A DNA stretch of 64,000 nt, from the NCBI RefSeq assembly GCF_006345805.1, contig NC_043000.1, forward strand, positions 161,138,001 through 161,202,000. The letters are read 5' to 3'. Both the position numbers and the translations under genes were made by a program. Source of the stretch: Octopus sinensis. Taxonomy: Eukaryota. Below the pieces are notes generated by a model. It was not told the origin of the DNA. It saw nothing but the letters and a program-made list of their open reading frames with translations, and made no database searches. Of the stretch, positions 1-13,590 are shown piece by piece (the first letter of the stretch is position 1; every line of letters starts with the position of its first letter).

Positions 1-196
1 TGTTTATATGTTGTACGTGTGTAGACAGGGAGTCACATAGAAAGTAATGAAGATAGGGAGTTACAAAAATACATACATACAACATATAGATACACAATCT
101 CTCACACGTGTCATTGATCTTAAGCAAACATTTAGAATATATGCCGCAATTTCAAAATAATTTTCTGCTTCACCAACTTCAAAGCAATTCTCCTTA

Positions 197-206
197 ACTA
201 CTACTT

Positions 207-274
<68 letters not shown>
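197..274. repeat. (CTA)n microsatellite
   Basis: Directly visible near-perfect trinucleotide run. Confidence 0.95.
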
Positions 275-1796
275 ACGAAGAAGGAGAACAACCTCCACTG
301 TATAATTGAAAGAATTACTGAGGTTAAATTGGAAAATGTATCACAATTCGCTAAAACCTATCATACACATAATCAGAAATAAGATAAACTATACCATATA
401 ACGATACATTAATCGAATATACAGTCCGGCTATTATTAACGATAATAAATGAAATGTGACTGATAATGGTTTCACTATAAGGATAGTCTGATATGCAATA
501 TTATCTAGCAAAAGACACATGAATATTTCATATTTATTGTTGATGTTTAAATCTATTTCAGCTCCGGTTGAGCAGGTCTATGATCAAATGAGTCATAATT
601 ATGTATCACTGCGTCCTTCGAACTGGCAATATATATCTAGAACTGGCTATATTTACTTTCTTCTTTACGGTAGTTGTGTCAGCGTGCTTTTTATTTACAA
701 CAGAACGAAATGGAGGTTTCCTTGTTTTATCGTATTGCATATTTTGCAACGACGAAATATTTCGTTTTGACTTTTTCTCTTACAATGTAAATCTGTAGCG
801 TTGCTGGCTTTACATCACATTGGGAGCATGGAGTCGTGGATTTTGCATTTGGAAGTTTATGTAGAAACAGTCATGGGTACTCAAACACCGTTTCCACCGC
901 GTTACTTGGATCTGAGTTAAAAAACATTTGGTGTTAAAAGTAAAAACTTTAAAACGTTGTGAAAGAGGTTTGACCAATTTAATCCCACAAACTCCTATTC
1001 ATCATATTTAATGGTCACCGCATCATTATTCATCCAGTCACCATCATTGTTCATCCATTAGTCTCTGAACTGAAAAAGTGATGGGCACGACTCTTCCAGT
1101 TCAGCCTAATTCAGAACGTTAAAAAAATTAAGTCGGTAATATGAGTGTTTTAGCATTCGAAAAATGTGCTCCATCGATGTAGCGACATTTGATCGCTTCC
1201 AAATCGTTATTTTTGGTACTTTGTACTTCTATGACCTATGAATTTTGCGGGGAAATCTTACGTAGAAAAGTAGAAATGGAGTAATTTGTCTTTCATACAT
1301 GGTGGTGATATATCCAGGTCATAGTATGATATAAATGCGTGGGTATAACAAGTGTTTGATTAATACTGCTTTCTAAGATTCCATGAAACAATCAAAGTAG
1401 TAGGTGCGGTCTTCCAAATGCGAATGTTATTCTCTTTATCCCCGTCCTGTTCTAATAAACTCTGCGGGCATTCTGTGAGATAAAGTTCCTGCCCAACTCA
1501 CATTAAGAGTTTCTGCACAGCCTTCATTTTACCCATTTTTATGATCGAACCATGGAAGTAAAAAAACACGTTTTTGTTGTTGTTTTTTTTTAATATTTTT
1601 TTTTGCTGGAACACCGCTTCTTATAATTGCACTACTGGTCGTAAGAAATTCACATGCTCTGTATTGAATGTCATACGTAGAATCAAAAATAAAATCAGTT
1701 GGAGGGGAAAAAATACAAAAAAAGTAGCTATTATGAGTAATCTTTACAAAAGGGAGATAATTTCAGGAAATTGAAAATTAATTCACTGTTCATTCA

Positions 1797-1900
1797 GACA
1801 GACAGCAAACTGGATGGGAAACGTCGCTCTAATCGTTCCGGATTTCCCCGCTTAATTCCACCGAGGTCGACTTTGACTTTTATCTTTTCGGAGTCAAGAA
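1797..1900 (+). mobile_element. Decayed fragment of tRNA-derived SINE family 2
   Basis: aattccaccgaggtcgactttgacttttatcttttcggagtc matches the central motif of the copies at 41.7-42.7 kb. Confidence 0.55.
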
Positions 1901-3285
1901 AAACGCCTACCCATTCATGATGATAGATAAGTTTCCCAGTAAAACCCTTGAACCAGATACATTTCGGAGTTTGTTCTGGCTCATTCCATTTTGAGTTAAA
2001 ATCCGGCTACGGTCTATTTGGATGACTGCCTTAATCCGACATTTGTTTTAAATGGACTGTGTCCATTTCTTTTTAAGAAAGTAAAATATTATTTGAAGGC
2101 GATTTTATACCTATTTCTAGCTGTTTGATCGACCGTGATGAGGATATTGATAATGTTGCTATTGGTATTGAGTATGATGATACCTTTGAGTGGAGTGTTT
2201 TCTTGTTGCTTATGCTGTTCCAGAAGAAACATTGTTGTGTGCTCCAGATACATGAATCTATAAAATGACCGATTACCAGCTGATGCTTTGATGCTTACAC
2301 TTTCACCAGTGATCCTCTTCAGGACACTTAATGCTGGCTCGATCTCATCATTTACAGAAACAGAACTAATTTCGATCCTGGAGCTTGCTTACCACCAGGT
2401 GTGTATCTTTATATGCTGATCAGAGGAAAATCATCCTTCAGTCTAGCTGTGATTTGTCAGGTTTAGATTCTACTGCTGGAAATATTTAAGTCGCTTCTGC
2501 TGCTCGATGTAGTACTTCTAAATTCTACAGTTCTCACATTTATTTAACAGTGGATTAGTACCACCTTGGTATATCTAATTAAACAATAGTGCTTTCTTAG
2601 AATCTATAGTGATGTGTTTTGTCTTCAGACCAGCAATGACAAGATCTGAACTTATATCATTGGCACAGAGCTATGGACATGTTTCAGCTTTATAAAATCC
2701 AATCAAGGTGGCAACGTTATATCAAACCTTTTGACACGTAAGGAAATAATTACAAACATTTTGGTCATTAGTAATTTGCATATTTGCAAAAGAAAAATGA
2801 GAATGATAAAAATCGAACAAAAGGAAATAAATTATGTGAGCAAACGGCATTAATTTAGATAATTCAGGTAAAATGATATTGTCTAGGTGACGATGATTAA
2901 CCACTTTATCATTAAACACACTAAAGAAATTACGGTGATTTTATGTACTTGACAAGTTGAATAACTAGTAACATCTTCCTGGTTATGTTCCTAGAATCAT
3001 CTAGATTCAACGGTGTAAGAAAGCAGCTTATGTTCCTCTGTTTAATCCTCTTTTAGGGTGTGAAATTGGGCCCTATGTACACTAACTTCTCACAAAGGAC
3101 ACACATCATTATTACTACGATGTAATTAGGTGCGGCTTTGTCGAAAATAATCTTTATCTGATAATACACTGGTGTTTTTCCTGCTCTTTCCGGCTACTAA
3201 TTTTCTAATTATATCTAGATGTTTATATTCGAAATTCATCCAATGAATATACTGTATTTTATGGGTGAATGTACGTGTGAGTGAG

Positions 3286-3324
<39 letters not shown>

Positions 3325-3969
3325 CGTGTGTGTGTGTTTGTGTGTTTGCCAAGTGTGTAGAATTTATATATTAACTTTTCACTTATAGTTAGCTACTTGA
3401 TTCTCAGTCAAGCGCTTCGTGCAAAATATTTTCTTTTCTCTAATAACAGAGACGCCAAAATAAGCCTCACTCTCATGATAATTCACTCCCTTCTCTATCG
3501 TCTGTCATCTTCAACATCTCCTGTATCTAATCATGTCACTTCAAAAATCACTACTTTCATCTGTAATACCATTATCAATATTACGGTCTACACCACCATC
3601 ATCATCATAGCAATTGATATGATCATATCTTTCTTTTTTTGTTTGCCTTTGTATGTCTACTCTTCCTCCTCCTCGTCCTTGACCTCAACATTATTATCAT
3701 GGCTGGCCTTATTGTCTTTATCACTACAACACACCACCTAACATTATCATCACCGTTATCGCAATCTTAGTATCATCTCCATTATTATTGTTATTAAACT
3801 CACAATCATTACCAATTCTACTACCATACATCTTATTCTTCCTGCCTATCCTCATCAGAATCAACATCATCTTCATCGTTAATCATCATCACGATTATTA
3901 AGAACTATAGCTTTGCATTTTAGACACTGTCTTCATGGTAATCAAATTCATTAGAAATTTTAATCATCA

Positions 3970-4362
3970 GCTCTGTGGTAAGTAGCTTGCTTACCAACCG
4001 CATGGTTCCAGGTTCAGTCCCACTGCGTGGCACCATGGGAAAGTGTCTTCTACTATAGCCTCGGGCCGACCAAAGCCTTGTAAGTGGATTTGGTAGACGG
4101 AAACTGAAAGAATCCCGTCATATATATGTATATATATATATATGTATGTGTGTATATGTTCGTGTGTCTTTGCTTCTTCCCCCATCATCGCTTGACAACC
4201 GATGCTGGTGTGTTTACGTCCCCGTCACTTAGCGGTTCGGCAAAAGAGACCGATAGAATAAGTACTAGGCTTCCAAAGAATAAGTCCTGGGGTCGATTTA
4301 CTCGACTAAAAGGCGGTGCTCCAGCATGGCCGCAGTCAAATGACTGAGGCAAGTAAAAGAGA
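3970..4362 (+). mobile_element. tRNA-derived SINE family 1 (octopus-type), near full length, with internal (TA/TG)n
   Basis: Head tgtggtaagtagcttgcttaccaac...ggttcagtccc (A/B-box-like), body ggccgaccaaagccttg...gacggaaactgaaaga, 3' part gcggttcggcaaaagagaccgatag...gctccagcatggcc. Homologous copies at 11.3, 37.0, 55.9 and 63.3 kb. Confidence 0.85.
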
Positions 4363-6524
4363 TACTCATGGCCATGAGCCTTCTGATCATCATCATCATC
4401 GTTGTCCTCTTCATCGTCATAGTCTCCTTCCTGCTGATCGTCATCATCACTAACATCATCATTGTTACTACCATTTGCTTTTAGAGAAGAATTTATTTCT
4501 TCATGTTCCCCAGTGAAATTCGTCTTGCCAACATTCTTCCTGCAAATGTAGCTGTTACTCTTGTTACAATTTTTTCTTATCATAATTTGATGTTGCAATC
4601 GATCTATTAAGATGGTGAAGCAGCAGCAGTTGTATCAGCCATAGTGTTAACTGTTAATCGGTATATCATTGTTATCTCTATTGTCTAAACCCAGACGACC
4701 AGTGGTCATATCGTGTTTTCTATTTAGATCTAGCGTCTAGTACAATACTCTCTTCTGTGACCGTCGATTTTCAAGTTCATTCTATGTGATTTGAGAGAAA
4801 ATTGACTGTGTTTAATAGAATGACCAGCAGACTATTTCTCTCTTGCCTGTCATGTTCTTGTTTATTGCTATTTTTCTTCGTTCTTTTATTGGTATTGGCG
4901 GTTCATTCGTTTTGGCTATTAGGGAAATTACTTTTGCTCTTTTTCTTCTGGTTGTTTATTCCTGTTTCAGTTCTGATCGAGAAAACTTATTATGAATGGC
5001 TTACCAATTATGACCACTCTTTCTTATTTTCAGAGATAGTTTATCTAGGATTTCTTCTTCATGTGCATCTAGATTATAAGACTTTAGTACGTATTTTTTG
5101 TCAATCGGGAAACAGTGAAAGCATGTAGAGGCTCTCTCATTCGTTCATTTTTTTATCACTGGTGGTGTTACTAAAATTGTTTCCTGTTTAGTTTTACTAT
5201 TCTTGTCTTCATCGTAAACTTTATAGTTGCAAATTAATTCCAAGATATAAATTATACCCTTACGTTGTATCAATGAGATGATTGCCCCTGTTTTAAGCAA
5301 GTCCGTATCATGCTTTTCTGAAGATTCTATGATACAGAGGAGGTAAACTGTGAAAAGATTTTTGTCTCTTTTTTTCTTTAGGTAGTAAGGGCTTCAAGGG
5401 ATAGGTGAACACTAGGAAGAGAATCCCATTTATGCTAGTGTTTTGATCCTTAATATCTTCACTCTGAAAGCGTGGGTCTGCATCCTGGCTGAGAATACTG
5501 GAAACTCACAGCTCTCATATTATTTGCCACTATTTGATATGAAAATTGCACCTTTCAAGATGGTAACCCACACCTGCACGTCGGATACGTTGTGTCTTTT
5601 GAAGATCTCTTTCGGTGTTGTTTGAGTAGATCCCATTGCAAGTCCTTTAATGTGCCTTTACGTCTCTGACTCTGAGGAATCAAAACTTTGAAACCGTGGA
5701 CAGATTTACCTAAAATCTTTCTGTTTCTCACCTCTCTTGCGAGGCCTTTGCTTTGCAAGCCAGATTCGTTAAATTAGCATCTACAAGTTTGTAAATTTAG
5801 GCCTCCTTTTTTCTGCTTTTTTAAGGCATAATGAGTTGATCAGAAACACTCGAGTGGAGTACAATTTTCGGCTTCATGCCACTCCTGTTGAGAATTTCTG
5901 GGTGATTTTCATATTTAATATAGTTGTTGGTTATTAAACAGTTTGTTAGAACAGTTAATGAGCTGGCACAAAACAGGAAAGCTCACTTAGATATACTAAC
6001 TAAAAATGCCGCCAGTGGTAACTTTGATTTCACCTATGGGATCTCTATAAGATGAAATGAAATGCTGATTTCTGACATTGGAGAATGGATGCATATTTAT
6101 ATGATTGGTGTTCTGTAAATTATATCGATTATATTAGAAAATTAATGCTTTTTCTTTTCTTAATCTGCACAATAAGATTGAGTGCAAACGTGATCCTGCT
6201 ATGATAACAATACACAACACAGAAGAGAGACACTAAATTTGAGTTTGTACTTTTTATTAGTTTTGTAGGTTTTTCTGTGATTCCAGTCTTAATGAAATCA
6301 AACATGTAAATACCATCAGAAGTTTTAAGTATTTTCAGCTGAAATTTATCCTTAACCCAAGTCAAAATATAACAAGAATATGTGTTCCTATGATAGTACT
6401 TTGAAATTGCTATTTGTAGTAGCTAATTTGAGGAAATATTGCTGTTCCTGTTTATTTCAGCTTTTCACTGCCAAATATTCTTTCTTAGAAGATGTTTCCC
6501 TCAGCCATCCACGCCAAATAAATA

Positions 6525-8841
6525 CCTGTGAAAAAATTATTGTCTGCTACCCAGACAAATGATGTTGTACTAAACTACATCGAGTACGCTGATTCCGAAT
6601 CCGAACTCAGAATTGTTGTAGCACGTCAGGATTTTGAATTATGTGCATAATTATATATTAATAGTATATTGGTATCATGGATAGTTAAGTTAAATAATTA
6701 TTATAATAGTATATTAGTACTGTGTATAGTATATTTATGTTCAAGGCAAATAGTATTATAATATAATGGTACATAGTATATTTATGTTAAGGGGATACTC
6801 ACTTTATTTTTTATATACTCAGAAATGTTTGAGACACTTGCGCTTATGCATCGTGCTTGTCTCCCGTTGTTGAAACCAACAGTAGTCACCCATTATGTGT
6901 GGATTGAACCGGCCTTGACACCTCGTTTCAATCTCAGATATTTCCTGGCGGAACTTCTCACCATGCTCGTCAATAACGGCACCAAGATTCGTTGGAAAAA
7001 ATCGAGTAGAGAATGTAAGAAATGCATTTTAAGGGACATTCGGCATCCCATTCTTTCATACGCTGTTAGCATGTTGTTTATTAAATCAGCTTAGTTTTCA
7101 GCTTTATGATTTCCAAGAAAGGTCTGTACAACTAACATGAATGAACGCCATGCGATCATCTCAGCTGGATTCAGTTTACCTCTCAATTTGCTATCAGACA
7201 TCACTTCTCTGATCTCGAGTTCAGTGAAAACGCTCTTCAGTTTTGCAGTTTGCTGCAGATTTTTGGTGCAGTTTTTTCTGCACCAACTTTTACTTTTAGG
7301 TACTAGATGCCACAGCCATTGTGTGTCTTTTTTTTATGCAGCTTTTCACGGGACCGAGTTTGATGTGAATGGGTGGAAGGAAGATCTTTTGCGTGTCTAC
7401 CAATGGTATATGTTGATCATTGTACCGACCAAACTATGCGATCATTTCTTTTAAGCCAGTCTTTTACAGTGCAATGATTGCTGTCGTCGCAACTGTTCCA
7501 AATACACAAGAAGCACATATTTTTGGTATATCCCAGATACAGTCCCAGGAGGAGGAAAATCACCTCTAAATCACCACAAATATTCCACTTATGAACTGAG
7601 TAATTCAATCCTTTCAGAATGAATTCCATCGATTCCCAAATTTCTTCCATGCCGACAACATGACTCACAAGAATAGAAGGTTTTTCATTGCTATTATGTA
7701 AAAACAAAGCTTTGAGGCTAACCTTACTCGAGTCTATAAACACTCTCCATTAGTTAGCCGCATGCACGTATCCAAGTGCAGAAACTAACATTATTTTCAT
7801 GCTTCAAGAAAAAAAACTGACAAGCCTCCTCGGCGAGAACGGAAAATAGAAATTTTTGTACCTTGCTGTAGGAGATTCCGTTGCTGCATTTTGGATCCCA
7901 AAGCTTCTGCCTTCTCCTTTGACAATGCTAGGCCTCTTACTAAATCGTTCAAATCTTCTTGGTTAAACAAGCGTGGCTCATTTTTCTTAGAAGCAATTAC
8001 GTACTCTTCGTCGATAGGAGAATCAAGGGGTTCATCGTGCAACGTGCCAAAGTTTCAAGTAAATCATGTGAGAGGGGAACTGGGACAGGGTTCTAGAAAT
8101 CATGTGGGGGCGGTTCTAGAGCCGACTTATAATCTGCATTCACAATTTTTTCTTTGATTCTCTTTGAGGAACTACTACCAGTAGTCATGCAAAGGCAACA
8201 ATCGAAGACATGATTGGTTAGCTCACGCTATACGATTGGTACAGCAAAAGGCATTTCCATTGTGTAAGTCGTGAGTAACACACGGTGCAGCATGTATGAG
8301 GTTCCCACCTATTGTTTTGGTCCCCAGCTTTACATCCGAAATAATATTTATAGGCAGTTTTAATTTTGTGGCAATGTTCTTCCGCTGGTCACGCAGAGCA
8401 AATTTCCAAAGACATAACAAAAGTTGTCTGGGTGATTCATACAGCCTCTCTTATTCATGAGCTAACATAATGACCACAGTTAAAACAGTAATCACACAGA
8501 GCGAGAGAAACACATACCACACGTGACTGAGAGTTACGAAGAACAAATTGACATATTTGGCGATTCCACATAATACGTTAGCGCTAAACTAAATAATGAA
8601 TTTTCTCACCGTTTGTTTTATTGCTGTTATTTCCTTAATTTTGTAGTAAAACCACTTTCAGTTTAGCAAATTTTATAATACGGCCTACATCAAACCGAAA
8701 GTATATTCATAATCTTGCGCATGAGTATAACCAAAACCCTGACGTGCTTGTAGAATTCTGAGTGCAGATCCGATATCAGCAACCTCGATTTTGTCTAAAA
8801 CACATGATTTCACTCCAGTACCAAAATTTTGTTGTCCAGTG
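6525..8841 (-). mobile_element. Chapaev3-type (CMC superfamily) DNA transposon, complete but decayed
   Basis: Right end reads CACTGGACAAC on the - strand, left end c(a)ctgtgaaaaa. Subterminal inverted repeats (atcgagtacgctgattccgaatccgaactcagaatt...gcacgtcagg versus its complement at ~8735-8790). ATA flanks both ends (6522-6524, 8842-8844), consistent with a 3-bp TSD. Confidence 0.8.
6819..8458 (-). pseudogene. Chapaev3-type transposase pseudogene (frameshifts and stops)
   Basis: Fragments MNKRGCMNHPDNFCYV..., EPRLFNQEDLNDLVRGLALSKEKAEALGS, FIDSSKVSLKALFLHN...WNICGDLEV...GYTKNMCFLCIW, ...QGRFNPHIMGDYCW...KHF* match Chapaev3 transposase motifs as I recall them. Confidence 0.8.
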
Positions 8842-10084
8842 ATATCCAAGGCAAGAATGTTCTCCACGTGGCCTCCAGCCTGCTAATAACAGTAATGACA
8901 TCACCACAAGTGTAGAAATTACGAAATATGCAGAAGGAACGCTAGAAAATATTTGTTGGTAAGCATTCTCGATTAGAGTTTCTTGAACAAATCTAGGTGA
9001 AATTATACAATGTAACGGCTTGTACGTAAACAAAGTGTGTTTCTCGCAGTGTAGAACACATTCTCTTACGAAAGAAATGTTATTGTTTTACTCATCTCTA
9101 TGTTATACATTTCACACTTCGAGTTTATGGCACGAGATAATCCCGCTGTTATATGGTTGTAAGATGAGTTATGGTCGTATATTATGGTCATTCTAATTGC
9201 CATTATGGACATCAGTGGTCTTACACAATTTTCGAGGAATTCTTCAGCATAAAAACAAATGCGTGAATAGGGGGTTGTATAATGAATGCAGTAACCTAAA
9301 GGTAATTGGATCATTTAAAATTATACCCCTAGTTGAGGGCCAAATCATTACGGTCATTATAATACAAATCAAAAGCAAATGAATAAGCTTCAAAATTCAT
9401 TTTGAAACTGATGAACGCGAACATATAATGCAAGTCTGATATTTTGTATACACAGTGACAATTTTTGACTTGTAGCTTCAGTATCCTTCTAGTACTTGAC
9501 ATTATTTGCTATGTTGCAAGAGCATAAATTATCATATTTGTACTTCATAGGTGGTATGTCTACGTTTAAATTGTTCTTTGATATATGTCAAGATTGTTGT
9601 GAGTAATAAGGAGTTGAATTTTTATGTACAATCTGATACATATCTATTAAGAATGAATTGCTTTACTGAAACTACGGCCTCACATATCGTTGAAAATGCG
9701 ACTGGAAGTCACCAAACATCTCATACAGTCCGAAGTCACATTGTTTTGAAATGAAATTTCTTTGTAAGATACGGCCTAAAGCCTTGGAATTATATATTTC
9801 ACTAAGTTTCTCAAGGGCAAGATGTATTGCTGAGTGATATTCAGAAACTAACAAAGAAAAATTTTGAGTTTACCTTAGCTATGATGAAGAAATCAACCTT
9901 GTTCTCTGCATCTCATCCATCATTTGTCATATTTATACTTTTTTTATATATCTATATATTTTTAATATGCTTGATGTATTAAGTATATCTTTAAAAATTC
10001 ATGCATATTGATTCTATGGCTGAATGTATGTATTGTTATATGTGAATTGATTTTCCTAATTTGATTTTCATTTCTATATTCAAC

Positions 10085-10790
10085 TAACGCCTCAAGTTCG
10101 AATCACTTAAGCACTTCAAAGTACAGCCGATACATGGGAAAAAATTTAGTAAATTTATTTGGTCTTTAAAGGAACACAATAAACAATTTGGTTTGGAATG
10201 GACTATTCTATCTCGATGCTTTGCATATTATAAAGATGAATCCTTTTGTCCGCTCTGTACCGATGAAAAGTATCTCATTCTGTTCTCACGTTTAAAGAAC
10301 GCGTTTATCGTTGCAAACCTTGGCAAAAACATACCTTTAGTTCCTATAAGTAGTTTGTACCAATCTATAAAATTTGATTTTTGACTGTCTTCTTACATTT
10401 CATTTCCACTACATATATCTATTTACACGACTTTAAGCTGTATTTCCACTCATCTATCGCACTATATTTCTCGACTATTAATTTTCTATTAATTTCTTTC
10501 CTTTTCCTCCTTCTCATTCTCTAAGTTGCCTTTGAAGTTAAATCTGTTGACGGTTTATTTTTTAAAAAACAACAACTTGCGAGCCTTCCTTCCATCATAT
10601 ACGCGGTAATCACATTAGGTTAAAATGTCTTGTTGATGCGTTTTGTTTCTCTTTTTCCTTCACGAGTTGATTACATTGTTTTACATCATTTTATTTCCTT
10701 CGGAATGATACCAATAGTTTCTTCGAAACATACGTCGGAAGTATAAAGATTTGAATAACACCTGCGTTTAACTCCATTTCTTAATTTATC
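10085..10790 (+). mobile_element. Penelope-like element 3' fragment (GIY-YIG C-terminus and terminal repeat)
   Basis: Translation SKFIWSLKEHNKQFGLEWTILSRCFAYY...CPLCTDEKYLIL fits the LSKYIWxLK...W.I...CxLCxxEK motif of Penelope-like endonucleases; followed by a degenerate hammerhead at ~10695-10741. Confidence 0.75.
10695..10741 (+). ncRNA. Degenerate minimal hammerhead ribozyme
   Basis: cGAAAC-atac-GTC-ggaag 3' half is intact and ggaa can pair with ttcc; the CUGAnGA box has decayed (cggaatga). Confidence 0.5.
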
Positions 10791-10794
10791 GATG

Positions 10795-10828
<34 letters not shown>

Positions 10829-10837
10829 AATAAATAA

Positions 10838-10905
<68 letters not shown>
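10795..10905. repeat. Compound (CA)n/(TAAA)n/(TA)n microsatellite
   Basis: Directly visible. Confidence 0.95.
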
Positions 10906-10912
<7 letters not shown>

Positions 10913-11100
10913 GAGTGTATTTTACCTTGTTAACAATTAACACGGATAAATGAATGAATAGTTACCAGGGCAGCAAAAATCTCACAAGTAAAGATGTTGT
11001 AACTCCTTGTTTATAAAGGTTGAAACTTCGTATTTACGTTGAATATTTGAATAAAATGAATAAAAAATGGAGTTAACGCAGGTTTAAACAAGTATTTTTA

Positions 11101-11185
11101 CTTTCTACATATGTTTCAAAAATTCCACTGATACTTATTCAAAAGAATAAAAGGTATAAACAATGCAATCTTCTCTTCGGGAAAG
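11101..11185 (-). ncRNA. Type I hammerhead ribozyme with one core substitution, in a Penelope-type terminal repeat (~10910-11210)
   Basis: Reverse complement: ctttc-CCGAAGA-gaagatt...aattttt-GAAAC-atat-GTA-gaaag. Stem I ctttc/gaaag; U4>C in the core. Confidence 0.65.
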
Positions 11186-11250
11186 TGAAAAAACGAAACT
11201 TGTCAATACGACATTTTTGCTAAAATGTCGTATTGACAAGTTTCGTTTTC

Positions 11251-11412
11251 GACGGGCTTCTTTCAGTTTCCGTCTACCAAATCCACTCACAAGGCTTTGG
11301 TCGGCCCGGGCTATAGCAGAAGACACTTGCCCAAGGTGCCACGCAGTGGGATTGAACCCGGAACCATGTGGCTGGTAAACAAGCTACTTACCACACATCC
11401 ACTCCTGCGCCC
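11251..11412 (-). mobile_element. SINE family 1 head
   Basis: Reverse complement of the 3970-4120 head sequence. Confidence 0.85.
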
Positions 11413-13019
11413 ATGTATATTATTTCATTTGAAGTTGTATTCATGTTAATTTTGCTATTATGCTTCCTCGTCTCGTTAACTGAAATAATTGTCTTATTAA
11501 TTTATAATTTGAATAGACGGATGGTATTAGTAAATAGAACAACATGGGTTTAATGGACGATATACTTATAAACATGAATCGGAGTTAGGCTATTTGATGA
11601 GATTTCTGTGTAGAGTGTCAAATTAATTAATATCCTAAGGGTGTGACAGAAGACTGTGTTTATTATAGTAATTTAGACCATATTATCTCAAATTTCTTTT
11701 TCACAGATGTGCATTACAGACCCCACGTTACATATTCGTGTCCTGTTCATACACTTTTGCATAGCTTATTCCCTGTAATTATGATTTAACAGTTCATTGT
11801 GAAATGTTTGTTACATTATGACTAATGCTGCTATATTTTTCTCTATTTTCATCATAATCTACCAAATGGCAATAGGTAAAATGTTGCATTTCTAAAATCA
11901 TGATAACAATTGAATTTACCGAATTCTTCTAAGAATCTGTTCACTAATTTTTGTTGACATATATGATGATTGGTTTTATCATTATATTTTTCTCACGATT
12001 CCGAAATTTAACTATTTTTTCCCTTTGATGGATTACATTTGGCAAGGTGTTATTTATGACATAATGACTCATGAAGATTTACTTAAGATTTTCTATAGAT
12101 GTATGCTTATGTATCCTGCTGCAGCGTGAATGTGTTTGTGCATGCGTGCATATGATATTGTATGTTTGAGATGAGTAGCCACATTCCATTAGGGGCTGAA
12201 AAGCCTTCTACTCAAATTGTCTTCCTGCCTTATATATGATGTCAACTTAGCAGAGAGCAACATTCCCCAAATTATATGTAAGGAGGGGAAGGAATCATCA
12301 TTTTATTTTACGAACCACTACTTCCACACACTCTGTTACGGAAGAAAAATGCCATCACTGCTGATCCAAGGACCCATAAATATTTAAGGAACATTTTCAT
12401 TCATTATACGGTAATCAAATAATCCAGCGATACCCTTTTTACTGGTGGCCGTCAGGTCTTTATTGTAGGTCATGTTGTCCTTGTCCAAATGCTTAATACA
12501 TAAAAGAAAAGTTCTATATTTTATAGTCAACAAAGGTTTCTTTTCTTGGTGAGAAATTCACGGCTGCAATGACCACGTCATGTAACAACGTTGAAGGTCT
12601 GTCGTCGTCAATTCATATAATAGATTCAGAACACAGAGCAGAATGATACAGTACAACTGTCACTTACAATATTAGTATTTTGAAATTATTGCAGTTTTTC
12701 TTGATGTATAGATACACTGCGAATTCTAGCCTTAGTTCTGAAATATGTACGTGTATGTATGTAAGTATCTATATCTACGTGTAAACGCGTGTGTATGCAT
12801 TTATGCGTATTCGTCTTGTTCAGATAAAAGACAGCGCGTTTCAGATGTGAATAGCATTCTTGTGCAGGGCGTATTGGAGTTAAATAAAATATTAACTGTA
12901 AACTGGATGTCATTCTCTTCTCTCCTCTCTTCGTCATAACACCTTTTACAAGAGATAGTTTATGTAAATATTTCGTATATCTCCGTATAAATAAATATTT
13001 GTATAATATTATTATTGTG

Positions 13020-13118
13020 TGCGTATATAGATACGTACATACATACATATATATATATATATTGTGCAAGTTTATAAAGTCAGATATGCATTTATATATT
13101 CATATACACATATATGCG

Positions 13119-13152
<34 letters not shown>

Positions 13153-13326
13153 TATACTTTATAATCATATATATATATATGGAGATAGATACATAGATAA
13201 ATAGAGAGATGAATACATACATGCATATATATCATGAGAGTGGGGTGTAAGTTTGTGCGTATGTCTTTGCACACTCATAAATATACTCTCTTCCTCTCTC
13301 CGTCACTCTGCCATCACATCTGTGTA

Positions 13327-13378
<52 letters not shown>

Positions 13379-13468
13379 CGTATATATGTATATATATATG
13401 TGTCTGTATATATATATATATGCATGTATATATATATACATAGATTTATGCGTGTGTGTATATATATT

Positions 13469-13514
<46 letters not shown>

Positions 13515-13521
13515 ATGTATA

Positions 13522-13566
<45 letters not shown>

Positions 13567-13590
13567 CCATACATATATATGTGTGTGTCC
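13020..13590. repeat. (TA)n/(TG)n low-complexity tract
   Basis: Directly visible; source of spurious Y/I/C-rich ORFs. Confidence 0.95.

Noticed and set aside
3970-4040. tRNA genes at SINE heads (also 11340-11412 and 56600-56680)
   Set aside because: Only A/B-box-like remnants fused to SINE bodies; no complete cloverleaf.
780-6500. Possible old transposon or LINE remnants at 0.8-1.6, 2.1-3.2 and 4.7-6.5 kb (similar cases at 13.7-14.6, 31.5-32.4 and 45.1-45.5 kb)
   Set aside because: Only isolated weak motif resemblances; I cannot assign a family without a profile search.
8776-9382. ORFs 8776-9033 and 9066-9314 (-) as a host gene disrupted by Chapaev3
   Set aside because: No recognisable domain, and no convincing continuation on the other side of the insertion.
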